A stretch of DNA of 63,865 bases, filler included, from Octopus bimaculoides (GCF_001194135.2; 6 parts of 6 records of this genome joined end to end with filler, not necessarily neighbours in it); one strand, 5' to 3'; shown: positions 12,320 through 25,330, numbered from the whole stretch's first letter. Numbers and translations: made by a program. Notes: generated by a model from the sequence alone, not told the origin.

Positions 12320-12964
12320 GTCTAGCAAGACTAACAGATGTATATAAAATATAAGGAAACCTTTTAAATGTTTTGACAATATTATATAAAGATTTCTAAC
12401 AATGACACAAGACCTTAAAATTAGGCAGAGGAATGCAGTTGAATTATATACCTCCAGTATTTGATCAATACTAGTTTTCTTGGCACAAGAAGGTTGAAAA
12501 GTAAAGTTAACCCTGGTGGGATTTGAACTCAGGATATAAAGTGACCTGATTAAATACTGCAAAGTATTTTGTCCAGCACTCTACAGATTCTGCTATCCAT
12601 TACCATGACAATGTTATATAATAATTACCTCTATACTATAAATTATTTATTTAGCAATAAATCATGTAGAAATGTAACTAGACAAATGCTGACACATTGA
12701 GTCATGCTGCTTCTGTTGTGTTTCTCATTGAGAAGCCATGAAACCCCATCATTATGTTACATGAGTCATGGCATCTTGCATTACTTTCAAATCCATCAGA
12801 TTAGTTTTCACAACTAATCAATAACTGGTGTACTACAATAGTAACCTATATAGTCAATATGATTGTGACTCATTGATTACAGACTATTTCTAAGTAGCAT
12901 TTAATTCCAGTAAACCCTTGAATTTCAGTAGTCAGTTAAAGAAGGACAATTTCTCTGTTCTTTT

Positions 12965-13175
12965 ATTCTTTTGCTTATTTCATTCATTGGACTGTGGCCA
13001 TGCTGGGGCACTGTCTTGAAGGGTTTAGTGTTGAACTAATCAACTCTTAATTTAATTCTGCAGCTTATCCCAAAGGTCTCTTTTGGCCAAGCTGCTAAGT
13101 AATGGATGCAAATGAACCATCTCCAGTTGTTAAGTGGTCATGGTGGTGGTGGTGGTGTGGACAAGTACAAAGTTG
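12965..13175 (+). mobile_element. SINE-like family D copy (ends in CA repeat)
   Basis: ttcattggactgtggccatgctggggc...; other copies ~3320-3400, 4430-4560, 19370-19575 (-), 38935-39135, 40655-40870, 45105-45255. Confidence 0.65.
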
Positions 13176-13225
13176 CACACACACACACACACACACAAAT
13201 ATACACACACATACACACACACATG

Positions 13226-13256
<31 letters not shown>

Positions 13257-13334
13257 GCATACATGCATATATATATATTTATATATTTAATATACACATA
13301 TACATAATCAAATAATAACAACAACAACAGCAAC

Positions 13335-14945
13335 AATAATAATGAGTAGGGGGAATACTCCAAGGTGATACACTTTCACCACTGCTATTTGTGGTTGCTC
13401 TTAACTGTCTTACATTGACCTTGAGAGAGGCTAAATCATGCTACAAATTTAGCAGTGTTGAGAAAACAAACCACCTTCTGTTTATAGACGAGCTGAAATT
13501 ATTCACATGCATCTCACAGTCTGGATAGTGGTGCTGCAAGCTGATTTAGGTGTATTTACACCATTTGTCTACAGCAAGAAATTTTCTCCATACAAAACAC
13601 AGTGAATGCCTTGTTTACAAGTTCAAACATGCCACTGGCATATTCAAACCAGTAATAACATTGCATGAGAAAGCTTTAAATTCACTGGTACAGCCTGTTA
13701 GAATAGTGAGTGATAACATTGGCATGGAGTTTGGAATAGATACTAATAAGGAGAGGAAAAATATTCAAGTCAGAAGGGATTAAACTACCAGATGAGACAT
13801 GGATCTGAGCAATGAATGAAGATGATAGTTATAAGTACCTAGGTGTATTGGAAGTAGATAGTATTCTCTGTCAAGAAATGAAAGATAAGGTGGAAAATGA
13901 ATATCTCAGGAGAATGGAAAAAGGTGCTAAGCTCAAAACTGTATGGAAAGAAAAACATCTCTTCAGTAAAGACATGTGCAGTGTCTCTAGTATGATATTC
14001 TGCTGCTTTGCTGAACTGGACTAAGGAGGACTAAGAGATACAGATTGTAAAACCAGAAAGACAATGTCTATGTATAGGTTACTTCATCCCAGAAACAGTG
14101 ATGATAAGTTATACCTACCATGGTAGGAGTTGAAGAGAGAAGACTGATATCAATAGAAGACTGTGTAGAGATGGCAAAATATGATATAGAAGAGTATGTG
14201 AGAATGAAATACAGAAAGACTGATTTCAGCTGCCAGAGGAGAGGCGAAAGAAGCTGTGAGACTGTGACAGAATACAAGAAAAGAAGAAAACAAGAGTGAG
14301 AAAGAAACATCTGGGGAAAAGAACTGTACAGTCAGCGTTTCAAACAAATGCAGTATGTTGCAGTAGATGAGTCTTGGCTATGGCTGAAGGACTGAGAACT
14401 TAAGAAAGAAACAGGACTCCTAATGGCTGCTCAAAGGCAGTCATTGCAGACAAATATCATTAATGCAAAAATAGACATATCTATAAAAATTGCAAAGTAC
14501 ACAGTATGTAATGAGAAAGATGAGAAAGAGGAATCCATTAAGCATGTAATAAGTTCCTGTTTTCCTTTTCAACAGAAGGAAAATAGACACGGACATGATT
14601 GTGTCACCAAATCACTACACTGGGACATATTACAGCAAAGAGGATTTGAAGGAGACAGAAAATGGTATGACATCAGAGTGTGTAATAGAAAATGATCAGT
14701 TTGAGGGTTTTGGGAATTTGTTGTTAGAGGTGCCATAGATACTGTCAGCAACAGAAAGGCTGTTTCTTTATTTAAATTGGTATAACTATGCACGTTGTAT
14801 TAATTCAGAAGTCTGCTCTATTAGGAACAGCAAGGATTGTAAGAAAGGTACTTGATACCAAAGAAAATTGGCTGTGGCCTGGTATCAAGGACATTGATTC
14901 CAAATGTAAAATATTCATGCACATCATGAATAATAATAATAATGA
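13335..14945 (+). mobile_element. R4/Dong-type non-LTR retrotransposon, 5'-truncated, degraded
   Basis: GILQGDTLSPLLFVVAL, NHLLFIDELKLF, YKYLGVLE, CNEKDEKEESIKHVISSC, QKSALLGTARIVRKVL; starts after (AAC/AAT)n and ends in (AAT)n. Confidence 0.8.
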
Positions 14946-15232
14946 TGATGATGATAATGATGATGATGTTTCTTTTACTAAAAATAAAATCCTATATCTA
15001 AGGAGAGAGGAGAAGGTGGTGTTGGGATGTCATTTGTCTTACTATAGAACATTGGCAGTTTAAGTGAAGCAAAATGATTTTGCTCTTTAACCTTTCTGAT
15101 TGGATTGTGGTTATGTTGTGGAAGGCTGTACTGGATATAGAAGACAGAACTGAATTATGTCTCAAAAGATGTAATAATTGCAGCTGCTTCAATACCTTTA
15201 ATCAAAAGTTTGATTGTTCAGGGTTGACCGCC

Positions 15233-15275
<43 letters not shown>

Positions 15276-15536
15276 GTCGTCATTGTCATCGCCATTGTTG
15301 TTCTTGACGTCGTTGTCATCATCATCATCATCGCTTCCATGCTCACATAGGTCAAATGGAATTTATTGTGGCAGATTTTTTATGGCTAGATGCCCTTCCA
15401 ATTAACAACTCTCACTTGTTTCCAAGCAGAGTACTTCTTGGCTGTTCATATTTTTCACAGAAGACCGAAAGCAGATCACAATAGTTGTAGGTGGTAATGC
15501 TGATTTACATTTGTCATGTGATGTCAAGACAAGAGT

Positions 15537-15575
<39 letters not shown>

Positions 15576-16231
15576 CATACACACATATACATATTATTAA
15601 TCAGCAGGAGTCCCAGGGTGACTAATAGGCAAAGGGCCTTGCATATTAGCACTTATCAAGTGAGTCACTCTGTAACTTCTGCCAATTAATAAATATCAGT
15701 TTTGACCTACCAAATCCACTCACAAGGCTTTGGTCAGCCCAGGACAGTAGTAGAATGCACTAGTAGAATGCACTAGTAGAATATAAGGTACCATACAGTG
15801 CAACAGAATTTGAAACCACATGGCTGGGAAGCAAGTTTCTTAACCACACAACAGCACCTGGGCCAACAACAAGACAATAGTCTTTAAGTTGTTTTAGTTT
15901 GTTCATCAATGACAACATAAAACATTCAGAACTAGGATAATTCAAAAGAGAGGAATTTTAACTGAGGGCAATTACATACTGAATAATAAAGCTGCTTACA
16001 AAATAAAGGATATTCATAAATTCATTTTGGGATAAATTAAATAAGTAAAAAATGCTGGTAGTATTTGCTGTTGTTGTTAAGTCCAAATCAGCTTTGATAG
16101 TACAATCTTGTGTCTAAAAGAGTGTAATTCCTTAGCAGGAACTTAAGCCACATCCATGCTACTCATGCTCTAAAGAACGATCGAATGATGAGATTATTCA
16201 AAACTGATTTGCCGCAATCATATACATACAG

Positions 16232-16392
16232 GCACAGACGTGGCTGTGTGGTAAGAAGTTTGCTTCCCAAGCACATGGTTCTGGGTTCAGTCCTATTGTG
16301 TGACACTTTGAACAATTGTCTTCTACCATAGCCTCAGACCGACCAAAGCATTGTGAGTGGATTTGATAGACAGAAACTGAAAGAAGCCTGTC

Positions 16393-16393
<1 letters not shown>
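16232..16393 (+). mobile_element. SINE family B, well-preserved copy
   Basis: gacgtggctgtgtggtaagaagtttgcttcccaagcacatggttctgggttcagtcc...gaaactgaaagaagcctgtcg then (TA)n. Confidence 0.85.
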
Positions 16394-16452
<59 letters not shown>

Positions 16453-16456
<4 letters not shown>

Positions 16457-18190
16457 AATAAAAAATTTTGAATGGTACAACAATGCACTATAATATAAAC
16501 AATGGGCTATATACCTGTTGTAATTTAGTCATCCATTGTCTGATAATATTTCGGAATAAAATTCCTTCTTCAGATATCCTTAGATGGAGTCACTGCTATA
16601 ATCGGTTTTCCAACAGCTTTTCTTTTTTTCTTCGGAAGCGTCTCAGCAGTGGTCTCCCGAAGCTCCTTCCAGAATTCCTCATGAAAAGTGCATGAGGTCG
16701 ACCATGTCTCAATCTCGTGTGTGTTGGTACATTCGTAGCGCTGCTTCTAAGTTATGTATTATACGTGCAGCTTCCTTTTTTTTCCCTTCTTTTTTCTCTT
16801 CTTTTTTTTTGTCATAAACAATAGATGAGCATGTTATCAAAAATGAACCTACACGCATCCAGATGTAGCTAAATTATATATTGATTACCAACCTCCAGCC
16901 TGTGGTTAATTTGGATCCTTAATCTGTGTACGAGTTTAGCTTCCTTAATTCTAAAATTACCCAAATTTCTTTCATTGGCCTCAGTTGTGACTGTTATGCT
17001 TTTGTCAGTGTTCCGGCATCTGTCTAGATGTTTCTGAAGGAGGAGGCTCTCATGTTCAGATGTTCTTTGACGCAGACATGTAATGGTCTTGTTGTGCTAC
17101 CCATATAGAACTTGTTGCATTTGTTACATTGTATTCTATACACAACATTTACTTGCTGGCATAAATCTGTGTCACAGATGGGACAGTTTGTTAGTGTGCA
17201 TTGATTGTTGTCCCTTGTTCATTTCTTTGTGAGGTGTCCTCTCAGAGAGGGGCCTGAGTGGGCTAGTTGTATGTCTAGCCCTTCTCTTCTTATGACTCTT
17301 CAGATGGATGTAGTTATCCTCTCGCTAAAATGGAGTATTTTAAGGAAGCATATGTTGCTGGGTTTTCTATGTGTTTGGCATGTTGGTCATCTTGGGTACT
17401 TAAGCTGATTTACAATGGATCTAGGGTACCCGTTGGTTTTCAATATATCTAGGAAGCATGTAGTGTCGGTCACCTTGTCCTCCATTCTGCTGCATTTGCC
17501 CTGGATGCATATAAGTTCATCTCTGGCGTATCCTATTTTGGCTCCGAGTGGAAGTGCTGAAGTGTATTGGACAAACATATCTCTACTGGCTGCTTTCCTG
17601 TAGAACTCAGTGTGGATCTCCTCTTCTTCTGTTATATTCAGTTTGAAGTCAAGTAGTGATAGTGATCCAGTGATTTTGGGATGTTCTATAGTGAACTTTA
17701 TGTTCATGTCCATGTTATTAAATGTCATGAATATTCTGTCAGCCCTTTCACAGGAGGATATGAGTATGAGGATGTCATCTATATACCTGGTGAAGAAGGC
17801 GCATGAGCAGCAGATGTTGAGTGCTCGACATTCCAGATGGTTCATATATAGTAGGCCTGAGAGACTGGATCCCATGGGGAGACTTGTTGTCTGTTCGTAT
17901 ATGTGATCCTGGAAAGCGAAGTAGGTGTTGAGACATGGCTCACCTCATGCACTTCTCATGAGGAACTCCAGAAAGACCTTCGTGAGACCACTGCTGAAAT
18001 GTTTCTGAAAAAAAGATAAAGAAAAGCCGTTGGAAAACCACTTATAGCAGCGACTCCATCTAAGAATATCTGAAGAAGGAATTTTATTCGGAAATATTAT
18101 CAGACTATAGATGACTAAATTACAACAGGTATATAGCCCATTGTTTGTATTATAGTGCATTGTTGTACCATTCAAAACTTTTTATTCTTT
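16453..18190 (-). mobile_element. Penelope-like element: 5'-truncated RT + GIY-YIG, with inverted terminal repeat
   Basis: RT motifs YEQTTSLPMGSSLS, FFTRYIDDIL, FTIEHP...LSLLD, FYRK; GIY-YIG VVYRIQCNKCNKFYMGSTTRPLHVCVKEH (~17060-17150); ~260-bp inverted repeat 16453-16712 / 17928-18190. Confidence 0.9.
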
Positions 18191-18215
18191 ACAAGCAATT
18201 TTTATATATATATAT

Positions 18216-19299
18216 TGATGCGACGACCGAAAATACAGTTGGCATTATATCCCTATCTCCCGGGCTGGGTTTTGAACCCGTACTCTGGTCAGTTGGGGAC
18301 AATGGTATTTCCTTTGTCTCGTCGGCGACCACAGCTATTTTTAGCGTAGCTGCCCCCTTTCCGGTCACCGAAAGTTCAGNNNNNNNNNNNNNNNNNNNNN
18401 NNNNNNNNNNNNNNNNNNNNNNNNNNNNNNNNNNNNNNNNNNNNNNNNNNNNNNNNNNNNNNNNNNNNNNNNNNNNNNNNNNNNNNNNNNNNNNNNNNNN
18501 NNNNNNNNNNNNNNNNNNNNNNNNNNNNNNNNNNNNNNNNNNNNNNNNNNNNNNNNNNNNNNNNNNNNNNNNNNNNNNNNNNNNNNNNNNNNNNNNNNNN
18601 NNNNNNNNNNNNNNNNNNNNNNNNNNNNNNNNNNNNNNNNNNNNNNNNNNNNNNNNNNNNNNNNNNNNNNNNNNNNNNNNNNNNNNNNNNNNNNNNNNNN
18701 NNNNNNNNNNNNNNNNNNNNNNNNNNNNNNNNNNNNNNNNNNNNNNNNNNNNNNNNNNNNNNNNNNNNNNNNNNNNNNNNNNNNNNNNNNNNNNNNNNNN
18801 NNNNNNNNNNNNNNNNNNNNNNNNNNNNNNNNNNNNNNNNNNNNNNNNNNNNNNNNNNNNNNNNNNNNNNAAAAGAAAAGAAATACAAAAGAAAGAAGCA
18901 GAAGAACTTTGTTGTCAAATGAAACTTGAGACACGAACTTTGGGATGTAAAAATGATTGAAAAGCTTGTAATTGTTTGGAAACTTTGTCAACGTTATTGA
19001 ACTGTTATGCCATGTATTGGAATTGTTATTATGTAATGCTCTATTCTAATGTTTTAAATGTATTCTGTGATGTTATGTATGTAAAAAGAAAAGATTACCC
19101 AACGCATAGTCTTCGTGTTGTTTCTTCATCCCCGTCCTATTTGCCTGTGTTGTTCTTCGTTACGTGCTCCAGCCGGGGCTTTATTATCGCGGTCAGGTGA
19201 CCGACAGACGAATTTGCTAGCTCACTGAGTGTTGAACGTTCGCGCGTGCGCGAGTCCCCTCTTCGGTGTTAAGGAGGTGCTTCGCGTGCGGGCGTTCGT

Positions 19300-19303
<4 letters not shown>
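18216..19303 (+). mobile_element. Probable solo LTR (gap inside)
   Basis: Begins TGATGCG and ends CGTAACA (imperfect terminal inverted repeat, TG...CA), CpG-rich relative to flanks, flanked by ATAT in TA repeats; 511 N inside. Confidence 0.5.
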
Positions 19304-19350
<47 letters not shown>

Positions 19351-20587
19351 CATATATGTATGTGTGTTTGAGTTTGTCCCTACCTCCACTGCTTGACAAC
19401 TGGTGTTGGTGTGTTTATGTCCCCATAACTTAGCAGTTCGGTAAAAGATATCAATAAAATAAATACCAGGCTTAAAGAAAAAAAAGTACTGGGGCCGATA
19501 AATTTGGCTAAAAATTCTTCAAGGCAGCACCCGAGCATGGCTGCAGTCTAATGACTGAAACAAGCCAAGATAAAAGAGAAAATATATTTGTACATATGTA
19601 CATGGGTATGTGTCTCATGGAGGTGATGACAAGTGACTGAGACCTTTGGAGATTTGCTGTATTTGAGAAGACATGTCAAGCTAAGTGAAATCATAGTCAA
19701 GGCCAGTGCTGGTGACACATAAAAGGTACCCTTGCCAGTGACATGCAAAGAGCACCCACGCTGATGACATGTAAAAGGCACTAAGTACACTCTGTGGAGT
19801 GACTGGCATTTGGAAGAGCATCTAGTTATAGAAACCAAGCCAAAACAGACTGGAGCCCGGTGCAGCTAACCAGTATACCAGCTCCAGTCAAACCATCTTA
19901 CTCATGCTAGCATGGAAAACAGACAATAAATGATGATGCTGCTGATGATGATGTTTATGTATATATCCATTTTTTATTTGTCCATTTGTCTGTCTGTCTC
20001 TCCATCCATCCACTTGCTTGTCTTTTGTACATGTAGTTTATTTTGGTTTCTCTATGTTTAGGACATGTATCCACATGTTTTCCCATTATCGTTTACAAAC
20101 ACATATAGAATTACTTTTGTTTCATTAGATACATAGCTACCAGAACATTAGCACTTGATAAAGCTAATCACACAAAAACACAAATAGCTGAATCAACAGG
20201 AAATCAGATAAAAGCCAAGAGGTAGCCAGCTTATATCCTGCCACTAGCTCTATATTGTTCCCATGCTCAAGACTAGTGACTCTCAATATTTCCCTAGCTC
20301 AATGCATATCACCATGTAAAAGTATGGACTAAATAATAGATTTAAATAAGTATATTTAACATTTTGTCTTGTTTTTGTTACATCTCATTTGCTTTTATGC
20401 AATATATGTTTTGACCCTCCTTAGCAAAAAAAAGTGCAATTTTTAATGGCTGTGTGGTTAAGAAGTTTGCTTCACAACCACAAAGTTTCAGGTTCAGCCC
20501 CACTGCACAGCACCTTGGGCAAGTGTTGTCTACTATAGTCTCAGGATGACCAATACCCTGTGAGTAAATTTGATCAATGAAACTGGC

Positions 20588-20628
<41 letters not shown>

Positions 20629-20790
20629 GTTGTAGCATATTGTCAACTTAATGTGACAATCCCAAGAAGGGAATACACTACTGCCGTTTAGCCCTAGGAA
20701 GCTGGACCGCTTCCTGTCGGCCTTGATACAATTACTGTATCTTTAAGTTTTCGAGGGGGAGACAAACTCCTCCACCCAGCCTAGCCAGCA

Positions 20791-20833
20791 TTCAGGGACA
20801 TGTTTCTGAGTCTTTGCTCATCATCAGCCTGAA
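20791..20833 (-). ncRNA. Type I minimal hammerhead ribozyme, intact
   Basis: TTCAGG-CTGATGA-TGAG(caaaga)CTCA-GAA-ACATGT-C-CCTGAA: perfect core, 6-bp stem I, 4-bp stem II, palindromic stem III ACAUGU, GUC site. Confidence 0.85.
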
Positions 20834-21002
20834 GTATTAAGTTGACAATATGCTACAACTTTATCGCACCACTACTGCTTAAATCTCTCTGAGAGATTTA
20901 GAAATATAATATTTCTAATTTTGCTAATCAGTGAATAAACTTCACTATGATTATATAAGTTGCGAGAGCTAGACAAACTTCTTCAACCAGATGGCAGGCT
21001 AC

Positions 21003-21045
21003 TTCAGGCTGATGACGAGCAAAGACTCAGAAACATGTCCCTGAA
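21003..21045 (+). ncRNA. Type I minimal hammerhead ribozyme (one stem II mismatch)
   Basis: TTCAGG-CTGATGA-CGAG(caaaga)CTCA-GAA-ACATGT-C-CCTGAA; predicted cleavage after C21039. Confidence 0.8.
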
Positions 21046-21219
21046 TGCTGGCTAGGCTGGGTGGAGGAGTTTGTCTCCCCATCACAAACTTAAAGACACA
21101 GTAGTTGTGTCAAGGCTGACAGGAAGTGGTCCAGCTTCCTAGGGCTAAACGGCGGTAGTGTATTCCCTTCTTGGGATTGTCACATTAAGTTGACAATATG
21201 CTACAACGTTATCGCACCA

Positions 21220-21507
21220 CTACTGCTTAAATCTCTCTGAGAGATTTAGAAATATAATATTTCTAATATATATATATAGTTTTAGGGAAAAGAACCAAGG
21301 TTCATGAACTCATCGATGAAAATCCACTGTCACATATAGAAAAATTAATAAGTAAAAGCACAATAAATAAGTATAATATAATACAAAGTAAATATCATAA
21401 GATATTTTCATCGATGAGTTCATGAACCTTGGTTCTTTTCCCTAAAACTATATATATATATTAGAAATATTATATTTCTAAATCTCTCAGAGAGATTTAA
21501 GCAGTAG
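21220..21507. repeat. Perfect 104-bp inverted repeat with 80-bp spacer, running into a scaffold end
   Basis: 21220-21323 is the exact reverse complement of 21404-21507, including the (TA)6 tract. Confidence 0.9.
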
Positions 21508-21607
21508 NNNNNNNNNNNNNNNNNNNNNNNNNNNNNNNNNNNNNNNNNNNNTTAATTAATTAANNNNNNNNNNNNNNNNNNNNNNNNNNNNNNNNNNNNN
21601 NNNNNNN
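21508..21607. other. Artificial scaffold linker N44-TTAATTAATTAA-N44
   Basis: Identical 100-bp structure also at 50394-50493, 54005-54104, 60010-60109, 62377-62476; the 12-mer has stops in all six frames. Confidence 0.95.
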
Positions 21608-21661
<54 letters not shown>

Positions 21662-21679
21662 CACACACACACATATATA

Positions 21680-22700
21680 TATGCAGTATTTTGGATCAGC
21701 ATTGATGCAAATAATCTCCAAGACATTCACGCCCAACTGGCTGGCACTAGAAATAGGTATTATAATGAAGTACATTTCTCCATTTGTTTATGTGATGGCC
21801 ATGAACTTTGCATTGACTGGTACGCGAAGCTATTCACGAAGAATAGAGATAGTGGGACAAGCTGGTACTACCACTGCTACTACTGCTGAGAGCTGTTATG
21901 AATAATTTCTTAGTGGAAACAAGGCCCGAAACAAAACTTTCCAAACCCTGGTGGATGTGTTATTTCAACAATGTGGCAGCATAACGAAGCCAAAGATATT
22001 CGTAGTTCGTCATTAATACAGGCTCACGTAAAAGAGTTCTGCTTTTGAATGGGAGGGCAATGAATTTTAAATAGTTGTATCAGTACATTCTCCTTGAATG
22101 ACTACAAGAATGATATTGAGATTGAAGTAAGATCGAGTCTAACTAGCGTTACTAAATACGTGCCGTTATAATATAGTCTTGTAGAAAGGTCCTTGTGTCT
22201 ATTCCAAATGTATTCTTGTGTCTATTCAAATTCCATAAAGAAGAGCGGAAAGAATGGACGTATTTGTTAGTAAGATCATACAAGAGTGGCTTATTTTCCC
22301 ATCATGCTTTATAATGCAGTTTAATAGCATTATACAGACCTTACATGGGGTTGTATAGTGCTATTTGCTAAACTCCAAAACGCTTAAAAGTTCGTTGCCT
22401 CATAATGCTAAGGGGATTTTATTGACGCCATTACCCGTTTGGCCGAGCCAGGATGTTGACAGGAATGGCCATAAAGCGTGAGGTAATAGTTATCAAACTG
22501 GAAATGAGGGAGGAGGTTTTAAATGGTATGCAGAGCATGACCGAGAAAACAGAGCAAGTCAAGTTGCAATCTTTCTGAGAGCAGTTTACGATGTTCTTTT
22601 TACCCTCTGTCACAATTAGATGGCGAGCTGGAATAACATTATCAACTAGCATAAATAAGGATTTTAACATAACTGAACAAAAAAGAAAAGATTGAAGTGA
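21680..22700 (+). pseudogene. Possible very degraded Gypsy integrase region
   Basis: Frameshifted translation QYFGSALMQIISKTFTP..GIIMKYISPF...REAIHEE*R*WDKLVLPLLLLLRA loosely follows the integrase G.P..I.SD...F...LGI...SP....DWD..LP.LL..LR pattern. Confidence 0.3.
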
Positions 22701-22909
22701 TTTATTTCTTTTGGGCTGACTAAGAAGTTTTGATCGCCATTGCAAATTATATTTAATTTTTGAGAATTAGTTGCAATAAGAGGCATGATTTAACAAAGGT
22801 TTCTCCTAATCATCTGAATCGTAACTTGAAACTTGAAGTCACAAAATACAGGCTTTCATGCTTTACCCCTAACACACAGCCTAAATTTAACAGTTATATA
22901 TACCTGCAT

Positions 22910-22964
<55 letters not shown>

Positions 22965-23154
22965 CATACATATTTATTATTTATTATTATTTATTGATAG
23001 CATATTCTGTTTCAAAAAACTGATAAACAATTTTTTTAATTACACTTATGAAATAAGTAAAGCCGAAAAAAAGCTCTAAAAATATGGAAAGAGCAAAATA
23101 TTGTGCAAATACGAAATATTATATCAATATATCATATTAAGACATTAGAATATT

Positions 23155-24037
23155 ACCAGGTTGAGTCGAAAGTATTTTCATATTTCAAGCTTTAATTGAT
23201 AGTTCAAACAAATTACATACGAAAGGCGTTTATTCATCAGATTATATTCCATCATATTCTATTGTCTGTTGCCATCATTGTGTCAGAAGCTCAGTTCCAC
23301 GCTTATACCATTTGGCTAGGTTAGAGGCAAAAAGCTCCCTGCATCCATTTTTAATCTCATCCATATTGTTGAGCCTCTCTCCGTGCAGGAAATGACTCAT
23401 GGCTCGGGAAAGGTGGTAATCGGATGGTGAAAGTTCTGGACTGCAGGCAGGGTGAAGCAGCACTTCCAGCCCCTCAAGTTCCTCAAGTTTGCGTCTGGTC
23501 ACATTGACGGTGCATGCTGAGGCATTGTCATACTGTAGAAGTGCGCTCCTTTGATTGATTAGTATCGGGTAGCGGTCTTTCAAGGCATCATATACTTGCT
23601 GTGGTTGTTGAGCATAAAGCCTAGCGTTCACAGGATGACCATCTGGGACAAGATCAAAGTGAAACATCCTCTCTGAATTCCACCAAACACACATGACCTT
23701 CTGTTCAAACTGCTCTTGTGAGACAACAGGTTTCGAAGCCTGGCCGGAACGAAGCTACTGATTTCTGTTATTAGGATTATGAAAGTAAATCCACTTTTCA
23801 ACCCCAGTTACGATTCGACGCTAGAAACGGGCAGTCATGATATTGGCATTTTAATTCCTGGCGCGAATCATCCTGATGCAATATTCAGATGGATTCCACT
23901 CCTCCGTGTCAGCTAACTTTTTCTCAACCACAGTTTTAACCTTTATTCTCTCCGACACCGGGAACTGTTCACCAATAAATCAAGTTATTCCTGAAAAAGA
24001 AGACAAAACATAAAAAAAATCATCGAATTTAACCTGA
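23155..24037 (-). mobile_element. mariner transposon, internally deleted
   Basis: KWIYFHNP...KVMCVWWN...LLQYDNASAC...LEVLLHPACSPELSPSDYHL (HPxxSPDLxPSD motif); degenerate TIRs CCAGGTTGAGTCGAAAG / CATCGAATTTAACCTG. Confidence 0.85.
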
Positions 24038-24812
24038 ACACACTGTGTATCCAATATCATAATATCATATGAAAGTAGCGAGCTGGTAGAATCGTTAGCA
24101 CGCAGGACAGAATGCTTAGCGATATTTCGTCCGTCTCTACTTTCTGAGTTCAAATTAGTAGAAAAGATTATATTATCATAATATCATACTATATTATTAC
24201 ATCATTATAGTATCATCTTACATTGTAATAGTTTTATTACATATTGTTATATCATATTATTACATCATCATAACAATATATTATTTTATTATCATATGAT
24301 TACATTATTATAATCTATCATTACATTTTTATATTATTCTATCAATTTTGCTTACTGTCTTAAGTTTCATGACTCATCAAATCTCAACCAATCGCCTCAC
24401 GTAATTGGTCTTCTGCGTTATGGATTATAACCCATCAAAAATCTGTCTGTTGGATAATCATGACTCACCACACTTAAATCGATCAGAATGCTTCAGTATA
24501 TTTAACATTCCTCACATATAAATACAACCACATCCACTTCCATCAGTTTTGCATTGTTTTTTTGTGCATTCAATTTTAAAAGCTTTTGTTTACTGTTTTT
24601 AATATTTATTATTATTATTTATGTTTTCTTGTGTGTCTTACAACTAAAATATTCTATGTATAAATTTACAATTCGATCCGTCACCTGATGAACAGACGGA
24701 GAAACTTTTAGTAGCGCCATAAGAGATTTCCATACTGAAAATCAGTCCGTCCGTCCGTCCGTCCTTCTGTCTGTCTGTCTCTCACTCCCCCTCTCTCTCT
24801 ATATATATATAA

Positions 24813-25140
24813 ACTGGCACTCCGTCACTTACGACGACGAGGGTTACAGTTGATCGGATCACGGGAACAGCTTGCTCATGAGATTAACGTGCAAGTGGCT
24901 GAGCACTCCACAGACATGCGTACTCGTTCACATACTTCACAGGGAGATTCAGCGTGACACAGAGTATGACAAGGCTGACTCCTGAAAATGCAAGTACAAC
25001 TCATTTTTGCCAGCTGAGTGGACTGGAGCAACGTGAAATAAAGTGCCTTGCTCAAGGACACAACAGACCGTCTGGAATCGAACGTGTGACCCTACGATCG
25101 CCAGCCGAATACCCTAACCACTAAGCCACACGCCTTCACA
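24813..25140 (-). mobile_element. SINE family C, near full length
   Basis: Matches 11060-11397 and 39290-39602 along its length. Confidence 0.85.
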
Positions 25141-25283
25141 CACATGGGTGTGTATATATATATATATAGTTGAAATTTACAGAAAAACAAAAGACGAAGA
25201 TAGTTTATGAACTATAAGCAGGTGTGTTAGTTTGACGCGCGGGAAAGTGAGAAAGTCTTTTACGTTTCAAGCCTACGCTCTTC

Positions 25284-25330
<47 letters not shown>

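Larger units (their letters stand above)
20626..21267 (+). mobile_element. Retrozyme-like / Penelope pLTR-derived unit with partial tandem repeat and inverted copy
   Basis: 84-bp direct repeat 20836-20919 / 21184-21267 (period 348, 1 mismatch); 211-bp inverted repeat 20626-20836 / 21000-21210 (10 mismatches by hand); hammerhead in both arms; bounded by (TA)n. Confidence 0.75.
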
